This document shows positions 58,758-64,000 of a stretch of DNA of 64,000 nucleotides, piece after piece; the first letter of the stretch is position 1, and every line of letters begins with the position of its first letter. Below the pieces are notes generated by a model, which was not told where the DNA came from, searched no databases, and saw only the letters and a list, made by a program, of their open reading frames with translations. Location: positions 6,565 to 70,564 of the forward strand of contig JBJTJN010000059.1 of the NCBI GenBank assembly GCA_046095485.1, read 5' to 3'. The translations under genes were made by a program, and so were the position numbers. The DNA comes from Actinomycetota bacterium. Lineage in GTDB: Bacteria > Actinomycetota > Thermoleophilia > Miltoncostaeales > Miltoncostaeaceae.

Positions 58758-58844
58758 CCCCGGTGTCAGGCACTTAACCGAAGGGCCCGCTCCGGTGGGC
58801 CCTTCGCGTTTGGGGGCTCGGTAACGGCCCTGACCCCGGGGTTC
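58756..58844. repeat. hairpin/TIR element, type B, copy 2 (carries an internal terminator-like hairpin)
   Basis: AACCCCGGTGTCAGGCACTTAACCGA, identical to 35664-35689. It begins inside and directly after the acn stop codon TAA. The right end GGTAACGGCCCTGACCCCGGGGTTC is a degenerate inverted copy. The element fills the convergent gap up to the IMPase stop (58849). Confidence 0.75.
58780..58805 (+). terminator. terminator-like hairpin downstream of acnA
   Basis: GAAGGGCCC-gctccggt-GGGCCCTTC, followed by GCGTTTG. A perfect 9-bp stem. Confidence 0.5.
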
Positions 58845-58848
58845 GGGG

Positions 58849-59658
58849 CTAGGCGCTTCCCTCTGCCGCCGCGTCCACCACCGCGCGAAGCGGCGCGGCA
58901 AGGCCGGGGCGGGAGGCCAACGTGCCGGGTGCGCCCTCGGGGCCCGCGGGGATGTCCTGCACCGTGCCGCCCGCGGCGATCACGATGACCGCGCCCGCCG
59001 CCACGTCCCAGGCGTTCACCCCGAACTCGTAGTAGGCGTCCAGCCGGCCGCAGGCCACCCAGGCCATGTCGAGGGCCGCGGAGCCGCCGCGGCGCATATC
59101 GCGCACGTGGGGGATCACGCCCATGAGGCGCGTGGCCTGGCGGCGGCGGCGCACGGCGTCGTATCCGAAGCCGCTGCCGATGAGCGCCTGGCCCAGGTCG
59201 TCGCTGGGCTCGAGCGCGAGCACCTGGCCGTTGAGGTGCGCCGGCCCACCCCGCACGGCGCTGAAGGTCTCGCCGCGGATGGGGTCGTGCACCACGCCCA
59301 TCAGGCCGCCGGCGTCGTCGTGGCAGGCGATGCTCACGGCCCACTGGGGGTAGCCCCAGAGGTAGTTGGTGGTGCCGTCCAGCGGGTCGACCAGCCAGCG
59401 CAGGCCCGAAGTGCCGTCCTCGGCCTCGCCGGACTCCTCCGACAGGATGGCGTCGTCGGGCCGCTCGGCCCGGATGATGGAGAGGATCGCGTGCTCGGCC
59501 TCGCGGTCGGCGTCACTCACCAGGTCGGTGGAGGTGCTCTTGGCGGTGATGCCCTCGGCCGGGCGGTCGAAGCGGGCCATCAGGCCGCGGCCGGCGATCT
59601 CGGCGGCACGCAGGGCGATGTCGAGCGCCTGATGGGCGTCTGCAGGGTCGGTCGTCAC
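58849..59658 (-). CDS. inositol monophosphatase family protein (SuhB/ImpA-like)
   Basis: ORF 58849..59679, with the start at GTG 59658 (TAGCAT 8 nt upstream). LSEESGE, WLVDPLDGTTNY and AWDVAAGAVIV motifs. Confidence 0.85.
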   Translation of the reverse strand: MTTDPADAHQALDIALRAAEIAGRGLMARFDRPAEGITAKSTSTDLVSDADREAEHAILSIIRAERPDDAILSEESGEAEDGTSGLRWLVDPLDGTTNYLWGYPQWAVSIACHDDAGGLMGVVHDPIRGETFSAVRGGPAHLNGQVLALEPSDDLGQALIGSGFGYDAVRRRRQATRLMGVIPHVRDMRRGGSAALDMAWVACGRLDAYYEFGVNAWDVAAGAVIVIAAGGTVQDIPAGPEGAPGTLASRPGLAAPLRAVVDAAAEGSA

Positions 59659-59711
59659 GAGGGGGCATGCTACGCACAAGCGCGCATCGCGCCGCGCTAG
59701 CCTTCCCCGCC

Positions 59712-60644
59712 GTGAGCGAGAGCGTCAACCTCATCTCCCCGCGCGGCTACTGCGCCGGCGTGGACCGCGCCATCGAGACCGTCGACCGGCTGCTCGAGGA
59801 GCGCGGCGCGCCCATCTACGTGCGCGGCGAGATCGTGCACAACCAGTACGTGGTGCGCACGCTGGCCGACAAGGGCGCGGTGTTCGTGGAGACGCCCGAG
59901 GAGGTTCCCGAGCGCAGCGTGATCGTGCTCTCGGCCCACGGCAGCGCGCCCGACATCTACGAGCGCTGCGCCGCCCGCGAGCTGGAGGTGATCGACGCCA
60001 CCTGCCCGCTGGTGAGCAAGGTGCACGCCGAGGTGCGCCGCTACGCCGGCAAGGGCGCCACCGTGCTGCTGGTGGGCCACGAGGACCACGACGAGGTCAT
60101 CGGCACCCGCGGCGAGTCCCCCGACCGGGTGATCGTGGTGGAAGATGTGCACCGGGCCGAGACCGTCGAGGTGCCCGACCCCGACAACGTGGCGCTCACC
60201 ACCCAGACCACCCTCTCGCTCGACGACACCGCCGAGATCATCGCGGTGCTCAAGCGCCGATTCCCCGCGCTGCAGTCACCGGCATCGAGCGACATCTGCT
60301 ACGCCACGCAGAACCGGCAGGACGCCGTCAAGGCCACCGTCGAGCAGACCGAGGCCGAGCTGGTGCTGGTGGTGGGATCGCAGAATTCGTCCAATTCGCA
60401 GCGCCTGGTGGAGGTTGCCCGGGCAGGCGGTGCGCAGAGCTACCTCATCGACGGCGTGGATGATCTCGACCCCTCGTGGCTCGATGATCACCCCCGCGTG
60501 GCCCTCACCGCAGGGGCGTCGGCCCCCGAGGTGCTGGTGCGCGAGGTGCTGGATTACCTCGAAACCCGTGGGTATTCCCGCAAGGGCAACGAGGTCCCAA
60601 CGGACGAGGGCGTGGTGTTCGCGCTCCCTCCGCAAGTACGCTAG
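59712..60644 (+). CDS. ispH: 4-hydroxy-3-methylbut-2-enyl diphosphate reductase
   Basis: ORF 59667..60644, with the start at GTG 59712 (TAGCCT 8 nt upstream). SPRGYCAGVDRAI, GEIVHNQYVV, ATCPLVSKVH, LVGHEDHDEV, DICYATQNRQ, VVGSQNSSNS (three Cys ligands and conserved His/Glu). Confidence 0.93.
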   Translation: MSESVNLISPRGYCAGVDRAIETVDRLLEERGAPIYVRGEIVHNQYVVRTLADKGAVFVETPEEVPERSVIVLSAHGSAPDIYERCAARELEVIDATCPLVSKVHAEVRRYAGKGATVLLVGHEDHDEVIGTRGESPDRVIVVEDVHRAETVEVPDPDNVALTTQTTLSLDDTAEIIAVLKRRFPALQSPASSDICYATQNRQDAVKATVEQTEAELVLVVGSQNSSNSQRLVEVARAGGAQSYLIDGVDDLDPSWLDDHPRVALTAGASAPEVLVREVLDYLETRGYSRKGNEVPTDEGVVFALPPQVR

Positions 60645-60648
60645 GCCC

Positions 60649-61170
60649 ATGCGTGGCCACATACTCATCGCGGCGCTCGCCGTGCTGGTGCCCACGGGCA
60701 CGGCCTTGGCGGGCACCGGCGACTGCACCGGTGGATCGTGCGCGGTGACTCCCGGCGAGGCCACGTGGGCCCAGGTGGCCAAGGGCGTGCAGGGCGGCAC
60801 CATCAAGTGGCCGCGCAACCCGCAGGGCGCCGAGCTGCTGCGCGTGGACCTCACCCGCCAGGAGCCCCTCGACGGCACGGCCACGGTGTGCGACGGCCGG
60901 CAGGAGGCCACGGCGCGGTACCGGTGGAAGGAGCAGTCGGTCACCTTCCGCAACGTCACGGCGCCCGGCACCGACTGCACCAAGGACGACCCGGTGCGGT
61001 TCCGCTGCAGCACATCCACGGTGAAGGGCCTGGGCCTCACCCGCGACTGCACCAGCAGCAAGTGGCGCATCGTCACCTGGGGCGGCTACGTGCAGCGCAA
61101 GGGCGGGCAGTTCGAGCTGAGCGGCCCGCGCGCCTTCGCGCTCGTCGCGATGGCCCGCTCCGTGCGCTAG
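60649..61170 (+). CDS. secreted Cys-rich hypothetical protein
   Basis: 3' part of ORF 60145..61170, with ATG 60649. Signal peptide MRGHILIAALAVLVPTGTALA. Seven Cys in the mature part. No family recognised. Confidence 0.6.
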   Translation: MRGHILIAALAVLVPTGTALAGTGDCTGGSCAVTPGEATWAQVAKGVQGGTIKWPRNPQGAELLRVDLTRQEPLDGTATVCDGRQEATARYRWKEQSVTFRNVTAPGTDCTKDDPVRFRCSTSTVKGLGLTRDCTSSKWRIVTWGGYVQRKGGQFELSGPRAFALVAMARSVR

Positions 61171-62561
61171 TTCCGCAGCAGCAGCGGTCCGTCCACGGCG
61201 AAGTCGGACGGGATACGCCCGTGCAGGTCGGCGGCGTCCTGCGCGAAGCGCGGGTCGCTCTCGATCGGGAACTGGCTCGCGCTGTCGGCCCCACGCGGCA
61301 CCGTGGCGCCCTCGGCCTGCAGCCATCGGGCGGCGCGGTCCACCATCGCCGCGCGGCAGGTGGCCGGTGAGTCCGCCCCGTCGGCGTTCTTCACCGGGGC
61401 GAAGCGCTCCTCGCGGGCCATCTCCACGGTGGCGGTGCGCGCAGCCAGCGGCAGGGCGTCGAACATGAAGGCCTCGAACTTCACGGCATTGGACGCCTGC
61501 GGGTCGGGGTCGTCCACTGTGGCCACACGCTTGTCGGCGCGGTGGAAGGGCAGCGGGGCCTCGCCCGTGGCGAGGCGCGTGGCGAAGGCACGATCGAGGC
61601 AGTGCACGCCGGTGGACCCCGCCCAGTAGAGAACGTCACCGGCCTCATCACGCGCGGCCTCGAGATCGGCTGGCAGGTCGGTGTACTCCACCAGGGCCGT
61701 GCGACCGTCCACCGATGCCATCACCCCCATGCGCTCCTCGGGCGCCGCCTTGGCCACCACCAGCGTGCTCATCTCGGCGCGGGCCAGCAGGTGCGCGCCG
61801 ATCAGCTCGGGGTCGGCGGGGCGCATGAGCGGATTGTCCACCTGGAAGGTCATGATGATGTCGATGCCGCGCTCTTCGAGGTCACCGAGAATCGCGGCAT
61901 GGCCCATGGCGCGGAAGATGCCGCCGTGGCCGTCGGGCGAGAGCGCCAGGCAGTCGGGGGTCTCGCGCAGGATGTCGCCGGTCACCGGATCCACCGCCGG
62001 CAGCATGCCCTGCACGAAGGTGGTCACCGACTCGGGCTGCAGCCCGAACAGCAGCTCGTGCTCGAAGAACTCCCGCGTCTCGCGGTCGTTCACGTGGGAC
62101 GTCATGAGCAGGAACGGCAGGTCGCAGCCGTAGCGGCGGCGCGTGGCCCCCACCCCGGCCGCGTGCACCTCGAACAGCGGGCAGTTGCTCACCGGCCCGA
62201 TGGGGAACATTCCTTTCGGGTGATCGAACCCCAGACGGGTGCCCTGCCCCCCGGCCAGCAGCACCACGGCCACGCGGCCCTCGCGCAGCGCCTGCTCACC
62301 GGCCTCGAACGCCTCGCGCCGATGCGCCCGGCCGGCATCGTCCGCCGGCAGGCGGTCCACCTCGGCCGGCCCGATACTGCCCGCCACATGCTCGGCGGGC
62401 TCGCGCACCAGCTCGCGCACCAACCTCTCCACCAGCGGAAGGTCGATGGATGCCACCTGCAGCAGCAGGGTGTTGGCCTGATCCTCGGGAAGAGCGCGGA
62501 TGGAGTCGGCCAGGCGCTGCTGCCCGGCCGACTCCAGCGCGTCGATCACCGGGTCGTTCAC
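61167..62561 (-). CDS. UDPGP-family nucleotide-sugar pyrophosphorylase (UDP-N-acetylglucosamine/UTP-hexose-1-phosphate uridylyltransferase, eukaryote-like type)
   Basis: ORF 61167..62561 (GTG overlaps the upstream stop, GTGA). VVLLAGGQGTRLGFDHPKGMFPIGP is the UDPGP signature. MTSHVNDRETREFF, LSPDGHGG. Confidence 0.8.
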   Translation of the reverse strand: MNDPVIDALESAGQQRLADSIRALPEDQANTLLLQVASIDLPLVERLVRELVREPAEHVAGSIGPAEVDRLPADDAGRAHRREAFEAGEQALREGRVAVVLLAGGQGTRLGFDHPKGMFPIGPVSNCPLFEVHAAGVGATRRRYGCDLPFLLMTSHVNDRETREFFEHELLFGLQPESVTTFVQGMLPAVDPVTGDILRETPDCLALSPDGHGGIFRAMGHAAILGDLEERGIDIIMTFQVDNPLMRPADPELIGAHLLARAEMSTLVVAKAAPEERMGVMASVDGRTALVEYTDLPADLEAARDEAGDVLYWAGSTGVHCLDRAFATRLATGEAPLPFHRADKRVATVDDPDPQASNAVKFEAFMFDALPLAARTATVEMAREERFAPVKNADGADSPATCRAAMVDRAARWLQAEGATVPRGADSASQFPIESDPRFAQDAADLHGRIPSDFAVDGPLLLRN

Positions 62562-63646
62562 GCGGGCGTGAGGCAGACCTTGATCACGCCCTCTTCGCGC
62601 GACTGCATCTTGCGGTAGCCGTCGGCGGCGTCGTCCAGCGAGAGCTCGGTGGTGAGCACCGGCGCCGGGTCGAGGCGACCGGCCTTCACTGCGTCGAGCA
62701 GCTCGGGGAAGTACGCCGGCCCCGGAACCAGGCCGCCCGTGATGGTGATGTTGCGCAGGAACTGGTCGAACCAGTTGATCTCGGGCACGTTCTGCATGAA
62801 GTGGTCCATGCCGAGGCAGCCGATCGCCCCACCGGCGCGCACCGTGGCGTGCGCCGCGGCCATCGACGACTTGCCGCTGATGCTGTCGATCACCACGTGG
62901 GCGCCCTCGCCATTGGTCATCTCCAGCACCTGCTCGCGGATCTCGTCGGTGTCACGCGAGGTCACCACGCCGGTGGCGCCCAGCTCGCGCGCAACCTCGA
63001 GGCGGTCCTCGTGGTGGCCCAGCGCGATGATGTTGGCGCCGTCCATCGCCTTGGCGCCGTGCACGCCGCACAGGCCCACGGCGCCGTCGCCGATCACCAC
63101 CACGTTGTAGCCGGGCTTCATGCCGGCGGTGCGCAGGCCGTGCCACGCCGTGGACATCACGTCCACCAGCGGCAGCATGGTCTTCTGGCGGTCCATCCCC
63201 GAGAGCTCCTCGGGCATGGGGATGAGCGTGGTGGATGCCAGCGGCACGCGCACGTACTCGCTCTGGCCGCCCTGCACCGTGCCGTCGTGCTGCCACGTGC
63301 GCGGCGCCCAGCCGAAGAGCGACCACGAGTTGCACGAGCTGTGCAGGTGCTCCGCGCACATGGGGCACGTGCCGTCGAGGATGCTGCACGAGGCCAGCAC
63401 GCGGTCGCCGGGGCGCAGGTTGGTCACCTCTGCGCCGACCTCCTCCACCGTGCCGATGAACTCGTGCCCCAGGCGCGAGCCGGGCTCGAACCCGAAGGCG
63501 GATCCGGCGTTGAGGATGTGCAGGTCCGATCCGCAGATGCCGGCCATGGTCACCTTCACCAGTGCATCGGTCGGCTTCTCGATCGCGGCGTCCGGCACGT
63601 TGTCGACGCGGACGTCCTGGTCACCATGAAAGGTCAGGCCACGCAT
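62558..63646 (-). CDS. zinc-dependent medium-chain alcohol/formaldehyde dehydrogenase family protein
   Basis: ORF 62558..63694, with the start at ATG 63646 (GGGGAG upstream). GICGSDLH, GHEFIGTVEEVG, the structural-Zn Cys cluster region CSILDGTCPMCAEHLHSSC, and VVIGDGAVG (NAD fold). Confidence 0.85.
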   Translation of the reverse strand: MRGLTFHGDQDVRVDNVPDAAIEKPTDALVKVTMAGICGSDLHILNAGSAFGFEPGSRLGHEFIGTVEEVGAEVTNLRPGDRVLASCSILDGTCPMCAEHLHSSCNSWSLFGWAPRTWQHDGTVQGGQSEYVRVPLASTTLIPMPEELSGMDRQKTMLPLVDVMSTAWHGLRTAGMKPGYNVVVIGDGAVGLCGVHGAKAMDGANIIALGHHEDRLEVARELGATGVVTSRDTDEIREQVLEMTNGEGAHVVIDSISGKSSMAAAHATVRAGGAIGCLGMDHFMQNVPEINWFDQFLRNITITGGLVPGPAYFPELLDAVKAGRLDPAPVLTTELSLDDAADGYRKMQSREEGVIKVCLTPA

Positions 63647-63742
63647 GTGTGATCTCCCCGGGTAGGCATGCGAACTGCGCCTAGTATCGCCCACGGGCCG
63701 CCGCAGGTGGCCTTCTTACGGACCACCCGGAGGAATTCCCGC

Positions 63743-64000
63743 ATGGCCGCCACGCGCGTGTGCTTCGTCTGCCTCGGCAACATCTGCCGAAGCCCCACCG
63801 CCGAGGCCATCATGCGCCACCGCCTGCAGTTCGACGACCTGGGCATGCAGGTGCAGGTGGAGAGCGCCGGCACGGGCGACTGGCACGTCGGGCACCCGCC
63901 GGATGAGCGGGCGCGCGAGGAGGCCACCCGCCGGGGCATCGCCATGGACAGCCTGGCCCAGCAGTTCACGGTGGGCGACTTCGACCGCTTCGACCTCATC
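63743..64000 (+). CDS. low-molecular-weight protein-tyrosine phosphatase (3' end outside the window)
   Basis: Not in the ORF track because no stop falls inside the window. ATG 63743 (GGAGG at 63729-63733). MAATRVCFVCLGNICRSPTAEAIMRH carries the CX5R(S/T) P-loop, followed by ESAGTGDWHVGHPPDERA. Confidence 0.85.
   Translation, partial: MAATRVCFVCLGNICRSPTAEAIMRHRLQFDDLGMQVQVESAGTGDWHVGHPPDERAREEATRRGIAMDSLAQQFTVGDFDRFDLI

Noticed and set aside
61167-61170. Convergent genes whose stop codons share the palindrome CTAG (4-nt overlap)
   Set aside because: It is real in the sequence, but it is a trivial consequence of tight packing. No hairpin or other signal accompanies it.

Overview
High-GC bacterial chromosome segment. 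Gene content and codon bias look Actinomycetota-like, but the taxon cannot be determined from this window. I count about 66 protein-coding genes on both strands. They are tightly packed, and many have 1-4 nt stop/start overlaps. I saw no rRNA, tRNA, CRISPR array, transposase, integrase or phage genes. The content is mostly core metabolism and housekeeping: FabI, citrate synthase, aconitase, IspH, ClpP, EttA, YchF, RarA, TadA, a MoeZ-CysO-CysM-Mec sulfur-carrier cysteine pathway, CopC/CopD, YcnI, several ABC transporters, one VapBC pair and a UvrD-type helicase-nuclease. The very long antisense ORFs in the six-frame track are GC artefacts. Six things stand out. (1) A family of short hairpin repeats built on the core CCGGTG-N-CAG-N-CAC. 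Copies lie in intergenic regions (35664-35735, 40144-40189, 58756-58844) and, unusually, in frame at two sites of a tandem ThyX-like gene (20682-20747, 21438-21530). (2) A translationally coupled pair of orphan exported proteins (28511-31737): a 720-aa Ser/Thr-rich protein with repeats of about 120 aa, plus an orphan PstS-like binding protein. (3) A mirror-symmetric divergent promoter region of about 140 bp between a thioredoxin/TPR gene and ettA. (4) Four genes whose conserved N-termini can only be reached from CTG codons lying on or next to the upstream stop codon. (5) A B12-type radical SAM gene coupled to DUF3107 and ychF. (6) Many apparently leaderless genes with a TAGCCT-like -10 box 6-10 nt upstream of the start codon. 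I did not find a clear-cut new multi-gene defence or biosynthetic system. The novelty candidates are listed below with their limits. All family names are from motif recognition by eye; no searches were run.
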